A DNA stretch of 63,169 bases, filler included, from Phoronis australis (taxonomy: Eukaryota; Animalia; Phoronida), in assembly GCA_002633005.1 (NCBI GenBank). It is 7 parts of 7 records of this genome, joined end to end, with 100 filler letters (N's around TTAATTAATTAA, not from the genome) between each part and the next. Parts side by side here need not be neighbours in the genome. Positions count along the whole stretch, not along the records: positions 1 to 7,293 come from NMRA01001209.1; positions 7,394 to 14,968 come from NMRA01001654.1; 5 more parts are not named here. The stretch is one strand, 5' to 3'. A model generated the notes under the pieces. The model did no database searches, was not told where the DNA came from, and saw only the letters and a program-made list of their open reading frames with translations. A program made the translations under genes and the position numbers. Positions within the stretch are counted from its first letter, which is position 1. Each line of letters opens with the position of its first letter. This document shows positions 1 through 11,577 of this stretch, piece by piece.

Positions 1-1097
1 GTATCCTTCTAGGGTTGTTTATTGGTACCATAAAGTGGCCAGTAGAGGGCATATATGTAGTATGTTGTACTTTGCAAAATGGAAAGGCATGGTCCTTGTC
101 TCCTCAATAGGCTAGGGGCAAAATGTGAGTAATATTCATAATACAAGCACATCCTATACACCAGTTGCTTAAAGCACCACAGAAACATAGAATTAAAAAC
201 AAATTTACCAACATACGAAATTAGCACAGCATTAGAATGCCAGAAACAAATTTCTACTTGGAACTTTTCCTTCATAGTCACGAAATAACACAAAGTACAC
301 ACCTGAAGAAAATACAGAGGTCAATGTAAAATACTAAAATTGCCACTAGAGGCAAAATACTAAAATTGCCACAAGAGGAATACCGGTAGTCAGAATCATC
401 CTAAAGTCGTCATCGTCCGTTGTCAACATCACATAAATACACTTGCAAAATTTAGTAATAATGTGTCCACATATAAATATGTGGGCGCGTAATAAAGATC
501 CTGCAAACGGTTTGGGAGTTACAGCCATGGGCGCAAAAAAAACAAAACTACCACTAGGAGGCGCCACAGTAGTCCAAATCATCTGAAAATCATTGTCAGC
601 TGTCTTCCTTATAGTAAGCACATACACGCCAATTTTCACAATCATCCTTTGAGCGGTTTGGTTGATAGAGGGGTGGACGCAAAAATACAGACTCGAAAAC
701 AGTAAAAATGGCCACTAGGTGGNGTCTCGAAAACACTAAAAATGGCCACTAGGTGGCGCAAACTATGTCGAATCCATCTGAAAACGGCAGGATAGCGTCA
801 TCTCACTAATACGTGCCTACATACCAAATTTCATGAAAATCCGTTCAGGACTTTTGAGGATACAAAGGTAAGCGTAAAAAACTAAAATTGCTACTAGGGG
901 GCACACCGGTAGTCGGATCCGTCTGAAAGTTCGCACATGCCGTCCCATTCATGAATGAAACATATGTGCCAAATTTCATGAACGTATGTCAAAGGGTTTT
1001 GGAGATAGAGCAGCGGACGCCGGACGCCGCCCAGACGAACGGACGGACAGAGATGACGGCATAATGCGTCCACATATAAATATGTGGGCACATAATA
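1..1097 (+). mobile_element. Non-autonomous Helentron/DINE-1-like (HINE) element with internal degenerate tandem array; left end cut by window
   Basis: Repeated AAAAT(T/G)GCCACTAG subunits about 145-160 bp apart, a GGAC/GACG microsatellite (1014-1050) and a terminal hairpin GCGTCCACATATAAATATGTGGGCAC (1066-1091). Same family at 15069, 24290 and 58968. Superfamily call is inferred from architecture only. Confidence 0.6.
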
Positions 1098-1234
1098 ATG
1101 CATGCTGTATATATGTATGAGTTTAGTGAGCTATCAGTGACTCTTGAAGTAACACAGATGTTTTGTTAAGTAAAGTTTCACCAAAGTAATACTTACATCC
1201 CAAGTAAGTGTTAGAGTGGCTTTTGTAGAACTAC

Positions 1235-1279
1235 CTTGTCGTGCTGATGTACCAACCAAGTTTTGTACAAGAGAGGGTG
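1235..1279 (-). CDS. 45-bp internal exon of the FN3-like gene, (T)PSLVQNLVGTSARQ
   Basis: tttttccttag acceptor and gtag donor; phase 1-1; continues the frame of exon 2385-2687; PS.V.NL resembles the start of an FN3 domain. Confidence 0.55.
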
Positions 1280-1411
1280 CTAAGGAAAAACAAGTGAACA
1301 AATTAAGCAGTGGTTAACTTTCCAAATGAACTAAGTTTTCGCAAACATTCTACAAAACAAAGTACAATCTTATCACTCAGTGATGAACTTAAACCCAATC
1401 AGGGTAACCTT

Positions 1412-1697
1412 TAGTGGCAGATTTAGGGGGGGAGGGGCCAAGGGGGCCACAGCCCCCTAAAATTCTAGCAGATACCATTTGGCAGTTAGGGTACGAATTG
1501 CTGACTAGCACATGCACGCAACCGGGGGGTTCGGGGAAGAATAAACAATGCATAGGCCCTGAACAAACCCCGTTTACTGTTTTTTTTAGTCAAAAGGTCC
1601 GCAAACCCAAAAATTCAAGACCCCGGCACCCCTACACTTTAGGCTGCTTATTCCTGTGCCCTGCCCCCCCAAACTCAAAATCCTGGATCCGCCCCTG
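1412..1697. mobile_element. MITE with CAGTGGCGG-type termini and 5-bp TSD (hAT5-like)
   Basis: Ends TAGTGGCAGATTTAGG...CCTGGATCCGCCCCTG; ACCTT on both flanks; relatives at 56669 and 59846. Confidence 0.75.
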
Positions 1698-2384
1698 ACC
1701 TTTTACATATTCTAATTTCTAAATCAAAAAACCTGCCTTACGAACACAGGCATCGAACTGACAGAATACACAATGGTAACAGCAATTTTATGGTTCAACA
1801 TTTTATTCAGTTGTTATGAAACAGAGCATTTAATTAATGAAATAAGCTTTGTTCAAATTTAAAAATTACACAGAAACATCTGGCCAGGCGTGGCTGTATA
1901 CAAACTTTCAAGAAAGCAAAAGAAAAGCCTCGGTGGGGGGCATATAGGGGACATTTTGCTCACATACAACCAGATTCGCCCCCAAAAGAACACCATTTCT
2001 GATCGAATTCCCTAAAAATCTTAGGTTCTGGGTTTGAACTCTAAAAAGGCTCACATTTCCAACAGAACTGTATTGAAGAAGTTACACTTTTATTGTGGCT
2101 TTATGTGTTGAAACAAAACAAATAAAAACGTTAAAATTACTTCAATTATAAATAAATGATATTTTATAGGATTTTAATCCATACAAAAGGATTATGAAAA
2201 GAAGAACTAGGTAAGAGTCGTGTCTCCAAACAAATGGGTGCCCTTTAATCATGCTTACTCTCTGAAAGCGCGTGCATTCTAATTTCCCAGTGGCACTAAC
2301 TGTCGCAAAAATATGTGGGGTAACTAGAGCACAAAACAAGCAAGACAGAGAGAGTAAAGGTAAGTTCTGTAGAAGACAACTTAC

Positions 2385-2687
2385 TTGTACAAAACATTAT
2401 ACTTTTAGCTGAAGTCCACTCAATAATCCCATCTGCATAAACTACTTGACCATTGAACTTGTATAACCCTGCAGTTTTTAGTTCTACTTCACGTTGCACA
2501 ACACCATTGGACAATGAGCTAGGAGTTATGTCCCCTACTTGACTCCATGATGTTGATGTATTCAGTTTATACTGTACAACAAACTTCGTGGCGGTGGGTA
2601 AATGTGTCTTGACCGAGGGCCAGGCCTGAAAGGTCAAGGTCACCTTGTTGTCAGACAGAGCCAATATTGAAGATTGCCACCAGTGAT
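2385..2687 (-). CDS. 303-bp exon encoding a fibronectin type III-like beta-sandwich domain of an extracellular or receptor protein
   Basis: ttttcag acceptor, gtaag donor, symmetric phase 1-1, open frame with FVVQYK...W, L.TAGLYKF and ...FCT pattern. Confidence 0.65.
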
Positions 2688-3410
2688 CTGAAAAATACAT
2701 TACTCAAATGACAGATTTCAAATCATGTTTTATCACATAAGCTCCTCACAGCGATAACCTTGTTCGTAAACAGAACATCTCAATTACACAAACAATTAAC
2801 AACACTATCTAGTAGTTAGAAATCATGTTAAAAAAACACTTATATCATAGCATAACAAAAAACTGGGAAAATTAATCCAAAACATTCATTACTCAAAGCA
2901 ACAATAAGAACCCTTGTTTTCAGATTTTTCCTATAAAAACGTTTCAGACAAGATGCATGAAATGCGTGGCGACCACTTGAGGGGGAAATCTTTAAAGTAG
3001 TTGAAAATGGTGGCAAATCTATTCATTGTACCCAAGTTTTTTATAGTTTGCAATCAGTTTTGAACTGTAAATGAATTCAATGGAGACACAGAACACAGAT
3101 TTTGTTAAATGCACGACACTTTTCATTGTTCACAGTCTTTATTCCATTATATTTGTACTTTCGGAAAAAAAACTCTACTCTCAACTGAACATAGATACAG
3201 TAACTGACCTAGCGACATAATTAAAAGACACAAGATATTTCGAAACATACTTGTTTCATTCTCAAGTGAAGATAAAATGACGCAGTAATGCCACCACAGA
3301 GTATAAGCTGATGACACACACAGCACCGCACCGCACGTGACACTTGCTTGCGTGACTTTCCTGTTACCCCCCCCCCCCTTCATTAGCCATTCTTAGCAGT
3401 AGTTCACANC

Positions 3411-4311
3411 AGCACCAAGAAGCAGTATGCCACGTATCTTGACAAATGGATACTGAAGTCATCAAAGACAGGCTGATCCCGTTCATTCTTCTTTAGCTGT
3501 TGGACTGGATTTTTGGCCGAATTAGTTGAAGATGGATTGAGTTATAGTGCGGTCAACTCTGCTCGTAGTACTTTATCTAATTTTGTTATATTTGGGCAGA
3601 TTGAGTCTTTTGGCAGTCATCCATTGGTTGTGAAGTTCATGCGAGGAGTGTTTCAACTGAGACCTCCTGGAGTTAAAGTACACTCGTATATGGGATGTTA
3701 ACCTGGTGTTGAATTATTTGAGAACTTTGTCTCCTGTGGCATCACTGACTTTAAAAGATTTAACATTGAAGCTTGTCATGTTGATTGCTTTGTTGTCTGC
3801 ACAGAGATGTCAGACTATTCATTTATTGGATATTGATGATATGGTGAAAGATAAGTCTGGTTTCAATTTTGTCATTCGCTCACATATAAAACAGAGTAGA
3901 CCAGGAATGCCTCCTGTTGTTGTAAATTTGAAAGCTTATCCTGCAGATAGAAGACTCTGTGTTTATACTGTGCTTATGGAATATTTGAATCACACTTCTC
4001 GAATTCGAGGGTTGCAGTCACGATTGTTGATTAGTTATGTAAGGCCTTATCATGCAATGACTATAGACATGGTGAGGCGTTGGATTAAGCTTGTCATGTG
4101 AAGGGCAGGTATTGATACTTCCCAGTTTGCCGCTCATAGTACTAGAGCAGCCAGTGTGTCAGCTGCTAACCAATGTTCAGTGCCATTTTCTACAATTATG
4201 TCCACAGCTGGATGGTCTTGTGCATCTACCTTTGCTCGGTTCTATGATGAACAGATTGGTGTTTCTGATGAGTTTGCCACTATGTTGTTGAATATGGGCA
4301 GGAATGAATGA
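3411..4311 (+). pseudogene. DIRS tyrosine recombinase, disrupted (two frameshifts and in-frame TGA at 4099-4101)
   Basis: Motifs STKKQY..Y..KW, HPLV..F.RG, WDV..VL.YL, LTLKL..L.AL..AQR, KQSRPG, AGID..F.AHSTRAAS, AGWS..STF.RFY; catalytic R, HxxR, W and Y recognisable. Confidence 0.92.
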
Positions 4312-4666
4312 TTATTGATTTGGAACATTTATTGTTGTTTCTGAATATGCACATCAGTTGCTTTAAAGTCTCATGGAACCCTATTATGCATTCTTATTCC
4401 TACGCAGAATTCTGAAATTAAACGAAATTTCACTAAGTTGAAATTTGATTGTAATTCTGCGTAGGAATATTAGCATAATAGAGGTTACATAACCGCCTCA
4501 TAGGTTTCCCTCCCATGTTGGTGAGATGTTTGAGCTGGGGTATGTGTTTTGGGTGCAGTATAAAGCTGTTCGCACCGTTAATTTGGTCTGATGATACATA
4601 TTCAACTTTGAAGAATGGTTCGGTCATGGGCAGTGCGCTCTCTCATGTAACCTCTATTATACTAAT

Positions 4667-5114
4667 TGTTGATGCACTATTTTATTTTGTAGTGCGTAAG
4701 GTTACGTAATACTACGTGTGTGAATTGGCTAAAGCTTCTTATACAACCCACGTTCCAGTACTTTCCGGCCTTCTTGACATGAACCGCTATACTAGTAACG
4801 CTTTCAACGCTAACGATGTTTTCATGGAGCCTAGAGCCTATATCATTGTAAGTTTATACTATTTTTTCTCATATTACCGTAGAATTCACTGGCTGTTTCT
4901 CGTATTGTGTAAGACTGTTTAGCCCATGCTATATTACATGGAATTTTTTTATTGTATTGTAACGTGAACGCTGTCTTTTCGAAGACTTATTATTCGTTAT
5001 ATTTGTTTCAGTGAAACCGGCCTTGTCGGACAGTAAGCATTCAACGTCAACTTTGTTGAGAATAAACGTATCATATCCGACTATCCCGTGTGTTCAATGC
5101 CCATGGCTCCTACA
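4667..5114 (+). mobile_element. Solo LTR (448 bp) inserted in the DIRS terminal repeat
   Basis: TGT...ACA ends, exact 5-bp TSD CTAAT (4662-4666 and 5115-5119), AATAAA at 5061; removing it restores the DIRS inverted repeat. Confidence 0.85.
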
Positions 5115-5264
5115 CTAATATTCCTACGAAGAATTACAATCAAACTTCAACTTAGTGAATTTTCGTTTAATTTCAAAATTTTTTACAATATCATAACATC
5201 AATTGTTACATTTTATGTAATTGTTACATTAGATAAAATGCCCATACAAGAAACAAAATAAAAG

Positions 5265-5338
5265 CAGGTGGTCTAATACACGTTGTACCAGACGTGCGCA
5301 GGCCTCGCATGTGGGCCCATTGCACTGATCACCTGGAA
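5265..5338 (-). repeat. Terminal fragment of the hAT-type element seen at 60660-60733
   Basis: Near-identical reverse complement of 60660-60733, beginning CAGG. Confidence 0.7.
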
Positions 5339-7293
5339 CATGCAAGAAATGCATCATTGTTACATTTTACGAAACCAATGTCTTATCACAAAGCAAATGA
5401 CCAAATCACGAACAAGTAGTATCTGACACGGCCGGGGTACTTGAGTATTTTCGGACGAGGGGTGCCACCGGAAAATGTGGATGCATACCCATTTAAAGAG
5501 TAATTTTGGGTAACAATTCACATTTTCCCACAGTTCTGCTCAAGAAATTCAGAAAAGGCATCCAGTTAGATAGTATTCTGTCGAAAAGGAACCATTTTGG
5601 AGAGCATTTTTTGCTGCGAGAAAACACCCTTTTGGGAGGCTTTTTTCGAAACCTGTTCTGTAGGAATACACTCTGGTCTGACACGGCATGAATTCGGCTA
5701 GCTATTATCATTTTTATTATTACTATTACTACTCTAACAGTAAGTGCTGTTTCAAAAGGATTTTCCTAACCTTAATGATAGTGTGAGAAATGTTTTGATA
5801 GCTGTGAATGCAGAGTAGGCCAACTTTTTGGAAACGAGGAGGTTGAGATCTAAAATCTTGTTTAGATGTGCGCCAACTTCATAAATTGATTAGTTCGGAA
5901 CTATCAGCAAGCTTGGTACTGTTTGTAATATATAACTATATCCTTCTGCAGTTTGCCATGAAGAATTGAATTCAGACTCTGTAATCTTTTACTTGAGACT
6001 TCCATCTAAATGTGAAAATACCAACCATATCATTTTTGTCTCTTGCTGAAAACAAATTTCCTTATCAAAGAAGTGGGACTCGTTCCTCGATGATGAGTCA
6101 GTTCAAAAATTGTGTTAAGCTGATCTCTGGAGGCAGACACTTTTCAAGATCTGGCGACTGGTCGGCTATGGCCGCGGTCACCGGGTCATTAGAATAGTTG
6201 GTAACGTACATACAAAACACACAACAATTTCACGTGGAATGGGCCACTATACTCTTAGAAGACAGTAAGGAATTTGAACTAGATTTCATAGAAAGAGGGT
6301 TGTATGGAACAAAAACGGCCAATGTCAAAATCAGTGATAGTGTTTAAAAAGCGCTTTTATATGCAATGTAGCGAAAGGGTTAATACACCAAATTCCCTTA
6401 CTCTGTCTACAAGCATGCATGTTGATGAGACATGTGACTTAACACCTTTTAATAGCAGAATGTCCAATCTCTGTCTTCATATATAAACTTCGTACTAACG
6501 AACATTGAAAAAATAACAATATTAATTGACATTTTATATTAAAAGATAGTATAAAGAAAAAATGCAGGAATGGTGCACTTCTCAACAAACTTTCCCCGCA
6601 CAGCGGTGAGATGTACTTCGTCAACGGACTTTTACAACTAAGGTGGTAGACAAAACTAGTTGGTACCCGAATCTTTGGTTTTGCTCCTTTTGTGTGGAGT
6701 GGGGAAATTACTGAATCAGCGATGACTTCAAGGCAATAAAGTTGGCCGATAAAAATCAAACTATCATGGACTAAAAGGGTTGATTTTTCTTTCCATTTGG
6801 TTTCCGAAATTGAATTCTCCGAGAAACATTTTGTTATGGTTACTTTTATCGAAAAAATACACACTTGGTTTATGACCTGGGAGCCCCAACAAAAGATTGC
6901 AAGAATGCTTCAACAATAAACTGATCCTGATCCTGGAAACTCCTTTGGTCTGTAGTTGAAACTGTACAGTTCACATTATTTGACTAAACCAAGAAACCAT
7001 TCACGTTAAAAAACAATGGAAGCACATGGGGACACAGACAATTCAAGAAAGAAGCCATTAAGTGTGGTAACCATTTTCCTCCTGTGAAAAGTACCATGCA
7101 AACCCATGAAATATGAAATCGCTTTGGTAAAATGTAACATTTTGTTATATTTTAATCAGCACATAATTGAGTGGAAACAAATTAAAGGCTAATGCCACCC
7201 GATTTAATTAGTCTTTTTTACCGTCTTAATCGGTCTGGGGCCACATCGGCTCGTACACGGTCGACCTTACCTTGCCGAGAGGTGTCGCGTGAG

Positions 7294-7393
7294 NNNNNNN
7301 NNNNNNNNNNNNNNNNNNNNNNNNNNNNNNNNNNNNNTTAATTAATTAANNNNNNNNNNNNNNNNNNNNNNNNNNNNNNNNNNNNNNNNNNNN
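7294..7393. other. Artificial assembly spacer 44N-TTAATTAATTAA-44N
   Basis: Palindromic 12-mer with stops in all six frames; identical spacer occurs six times. Confidence 0.98.
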
Positions 7394-7849
7394 CGATGTA
7401 TTAAGTAGGATCTCTTTAGGCTAAAGCTGACTGGTTGATGGGAGTGTCTCCCCCAGCTGATCGCCCTATCCGGCTTGTAAACAACTAATAATCAAGTTCT
7501 GTACATTTATAAGTTAAGTTCAAACAAAATGTGTTAATGGCTAGATTCTCATGTGGCTATTATGAAAGTCATCGAGATATTTTTAAACTATTATAAAGTA
7601 TATGCGCTGCAATTCGTAAACTGGCAAGAGATCCCAGGGTATAACGGCAGCTATTCACGGTCAAATAATTGGGAAATTTTTTTTTCTCGGCCTTATCATG
7701 ACCGTTTAAGCAACGCAAGGGTCACGTATTTACGTTGCTTTATGTTACCAACATTTTAAAACCTCTTTAGTATTCAAAATTTCAAATTTTATTCTAAAAA
7801 TTGCCCGGCTTCCATACGGCCACCCTGCTTTTGTTTACAAATCGTCCAT

Positions 7850-8020
7850 CATCAATATGGCGGACCGCGTGTCACGCGCTGTCTGGCTTGCCAGTATTGT
7901 CGTGTCATCTCTATGTATATAGCTCATTGGCCAGAACCAAGAAAGAGACCTCTAGCGGATATTGAAAGTTGTTTGGTTTCGAGACTATAAACATCTTTTT
8001 GGCGGAAAATTCAACGAAAC
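7850..8020 (+). promoter_or_regulatory. Putative NCAPD3 core promoter and 5' UTR
   Basis: YY1-like AATATGGCGG (7855), inverted CCAAT (7927) and E2F-like TTTGGCGGAAA (7998-8008) just upstream of the ATG; CpG-enriched. Confidence 0.4.
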
Positions 8021-8090
8021 ATGGCGAACGTCCGACTTCGAGAAACAGTCAGCGTGCTTGAGAAACTGAATTTTGACAAGATCGAATCAG
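8021..8090 (+). CDS. NCAPD3: Condensin-2 complex subunit D3, coding exon 1 (MANVRLRETVSVLEKLNFDKIES)
   Basis: aaacATGG start, AG|GT donor, phase 1 matches exon 2; length matches the roughly 20 residues preceding the conserved WV..VW..DFTE motif. Confidence 0.75.
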
Positions 8091-8688
8091 GTCTGGAATT
8101 TATTCTAATGCTAGCCTTGGTACTGTAGCTTGAAAATTTCTAGTCTTTTAGGAGGTTAAACCCTTAACTTGTCTGTTAAGTGTAGATGGAACTACAGGTG
8201 GGAATCCTAGCCAGCCAGAGTCTGACTCTGAGACTGAGAGACCGACGTAAAGACGGTGTGGCTGCTATTGGAGCTTCATACGCCGCAAACTTTTCGGCGA
8301 ACTATGCCTCATACTGATTAAAAAATCAAAGTCTCGTAAGTACCCTTTACGCATAGAGGGACACCTAGTAGAAGGCTAGATTGAAGGCCGTCGATGTCTT
8401 TAGTTTAGTTCCTTCCGACTCTCTGCTCCCGTTATCAAACTTTTTCTTCGATCAATCCCTCGCTCAGTTCCCAAAATCTGTAACTGGCCATTTTTACACT
8501 GCACACGCCAATGGATGCTTACATCATACCACTTACCCCGCGTAGTGTTAAAAACCGCCGGTTTCGGATTTTGGAAACTGAACGAAGGACTGTTCAAAGA
8601 AAAAGTTTGATTTGGGAGTATTTGTTCAAGTTGAAAGCAATTAAAGACATCGATGGCCTCCTAAGGAGTAAGGTGTCCTGCGCAAAAG

Positions 8689-10389
8689 TAGGCAATTACA
8701 TCGCCCTGGATGCCGCAGGCATAAAGGGGCGATAGTACATCCCACAAAAAGTTACGAATTTCAAAATGCAGGAAATAAAATCACATGAAACATGCATATA
8801 TGCACATGGAGTTATAAACAACTCGTACCCACAGGCGCTTGGGTTTATCTGTTCCTCGATCGCAAGTGACGTCACTCAATAATATATATAAGAAAACATA
8901 AAGGTTGGACACTTAAACTTTGCCAAGCCGAGGCTCCCAACTTCAACCGTCCAAAATCCAAATAAAATCTGCATGCACCTCCCTCAGTCTGGTGTTGCAT
9001 AAACCTTCAAAGCCTTATCTTTCCTAGATCCCATTAACTGTCTTCGTGAGTGGTGAATTGGCGATGGAATTTCCAAAACAATCTCAAAATTCTGAATTCA
9101 AGGACCTGAAATGGCCCTTAACTTAGAATTTTATTACATAAACTGGCGTATCTTGTTTCTCAAGTTGACATCAAGCACTTTTTTGATTGAAGCACAACAC
9201 ACACTTTTCCAGGAAACGCAGACCGTGCAAGTATTACAATGCGTGTGGCCGACGAGTTAACTCAATGGTTTTGGCAAAAGTAAAACCTTCATAAGAAATC
9301 ACAGTACATAAAAAACTTCGCATATCAATGCAGTATCAGGATAATTTATATTTGACACAAATGTGTTAGTAATTACATTTATTTGGCAATAAAGTGCTCT
9401 CTGCTTCTCATGATCAAGTAGTCGAGGGATTGACGATGAAAGCCGTGCAAAATTAAACTTTCGGATTTAGCTCGGGAACGTCCGTCGAAAACCCGGATGT
9501 GCGAAGACCGTCTGCCATGATATCACGGAATCACTTCCTTGAATTTGTGATTTTGGCATTCTTTTGGCATTTTTGTCGCCAAATCACCACTCGAAGGCAA
9601 TTTGAAGAGATCGAATGAAAGAAAGTATTCTAAGAGTTGTCCGATGCTAGTTTCGTGGAGTTCCATGCACATTTGAGTAGAAAATTCTGAGCAAACAGAT
9701 TTCGAGTGTCCAACCTTTATGTTTTCTTATATATATTATTGAGTGACGTCATTTACAATCGAGGAACAGATAAACCCAAGCGCCTGTGCTCGTACCATAA
9801 GTCTGGAGACGATTCAGTCAAGATAACTTGAACAAATCGATGAAAATTTGTCACGGTTTGCTCGAGTTTCTCTTATCGGATGCCATTTTGAGGAAGTTAA
9901 GTGAAATCTCGCATGTTGACGAATAAAAAGTCTAAGGGACACACATCTTACAAATTTCACCTGATACCTTCTCATGCTATTTTGCAAGTGTCACGCGCTA
10001 GTGTCACGCGCTTCGCTCAGTCTCACGCTAGCCTTTGCCTAACTCAGGTGACTCATTTGACATACTTTGTGGTTATCGCATGCATGGTGAAAAAGTTAAC
10101 GGCAACTAAAAAAGTGGAGTTGGAATTCTTCGCCAAAGTCACCTTAATTCTCACAACTAAGCTTCACCGAAGATATGTATAGATGTAGAAAGGACGAATG
10201 AAGAAAGTAAGCGCTTTTGTAAGTGTTAGTTTTAAGTGTGGAATGTATTTTTGACGAATTGAAAACTCAAAATCGGTGGCCGGATTTGGCCTACCGCCCA
10301 TTATAAATACATGGAACGAAAGGCGTACAGAAAGAGATGGGAAGTATTGTAGCCCCTAACCGGCCAACTGAGGGGCTCCGTGTTGCCTA
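8689..10389. mobile_element. Non-autonomous DNA transposon with 9-bp TSD (Mutator-like)
   Basis: Termini TAGGCAA...TTGCCTA; exact TSD GCGCAAAAG at 8680-8688 and 10390-10398. Confidence 0.82.
8830..9788. mobile_element. Non-autonomous DNA transposon with ~80-bp TIRs and 8-bp TSD (P-element-like or hAT)
   Basis: CACAGGCGCTTGGGTTTATC... near-perfect TIRs; exact TSD CTCGTACC (8822-8829 and 9789-9796). Confidence 0.92.
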
Positions 10390-11577
10390 GCGCAAAAGAT
10401 ATTTATAACAACTTTGATGTTTTAGTCGTTGTTAGGCATAACTCGTCGAAAACCTTCCGGCGTATGAAGCTAGCTCCTGTAGGAGCTACACCGTCTCTAC
10501 TCATTCTACTGGCCAGCTAGAGACGTTGGTCACTATCTAGGTGAGACAATGTCAGTGACCACCGTTCTCTATGTGGCTCTGTTCCGGGACTTTCCATAGA
10601 TAATCCCACCTGATGAAACGCCCATGGGTGTTTATTCGAAAATTTGTGCCGAATAAACGCCCATGGACGTTGGTGTTACAACGTCTGATGTCAAGTGTCC
10701 AGATAGTGGGGCGTTCATTCAGAAATTTCTGTCTTAAAAGCCCACTCAGGGTCAACCTTTTGTCACGAATTGGGTGGTGTGGAGCATTTGTCATTGATAA
10801 AAACGACTGGCGGGAGTGCATGCAAAATCTGGGAGTCAACCGATGCTTACCTTGCCTGTTACAGCCTGGATAATTCTCCGCGTTTTGTAACGAAGAAAAG
10901 TCTCATCGATTTGAAAACAGAACGCTCGTGACACGCGCACGTGCCATTTCCTAAATTTTGCCACATCTCGGAAGATAATGACAGCTTCCTCGGAAATCCA
11001 TGCTAACTGAGAATTGTACGATGATACTTGCTGGTAGGCTTACCTCAAAATCCAACTGCTGCCTGATGGTTTGGTAATTAGTCCAATTGTGTTACGCACC
11101 CAGCAGTATTAATGAGGAACATATTTTGCATCATTAAACAAATGTTTTCGGTTGTCCAATTATCAATGTTCAAAAATCTAATCACCTGTGTTTTTCATGA
11201 AGAAATCAAATATCCTATTCACAAACTTTCAAAACGAAAATTTAAAAATACTATTGTTACTCCTGATGTGTTTATGATGGGTCTCATTATCTACAGAACG
11301 ATAACATCAGCAATAAGCATGGTGTCATAGATCTAAACCGGCAAATTCTAAAGTGCTCAAAGTGGTCGAGCTGCCGAATCTTGACCAGTCAGGATTTCAC
11401 CGTAGGAATTCTATTTATGCAAGTGAAACTCATTTGTTGGTCCAAATTTTGTAATCAAATTGTCTCACTTGGCAGGATGTACGCTGCCTTTTGTTGGGCA
11501 CACGGTGCTTATAAAACTGACCTGTTAAAGACCATTATGCCCTCTGGCGTTGCCACAGATACAAAGGGGCCATGCCC

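Larger units (their letters stand above)
3410..5174 (+). mobile_element. 3' part of a DIRS1-like tyrosine-recombinase retrotransposon including terminal inverted-repeat/ICR region
   Basis: YR remnant followed by 4413-4490, whose reverse complement is found at 4645-4666 plus 5120-5174; a further partial copy at 4372-4411. Confidence 0.9.
8183..10539. mobile_element. Foldback MITE (TAGACAGT family, Mutator-like), interrupted by nested insertions
   Basis: Palindrome centred near 8525; right arm split between 8530-8688 and 10390-10539; homologous to 11578, 18308 and 21745 copies. Left end is degenerate and no TSD is visible. Confidence 0.7.

Noticed and set aside
4099-4101. In-frame TGA as selenocysteine or programmed readthrough
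   Set aside because: The same ORF has frameshifts; ordinary pseudogene decay is simpler.
3513-4311. Phage integrase or bacterial contamination
   Set aside because: Motifs and terminal repeats are those of DIRS retroelements, and the block also contains spliceosomal exons.
5720-6900. Possible decayed transposase or LINE coding sequence
   Set aside because: Coding-like texture but no diagnostic motif recognised.
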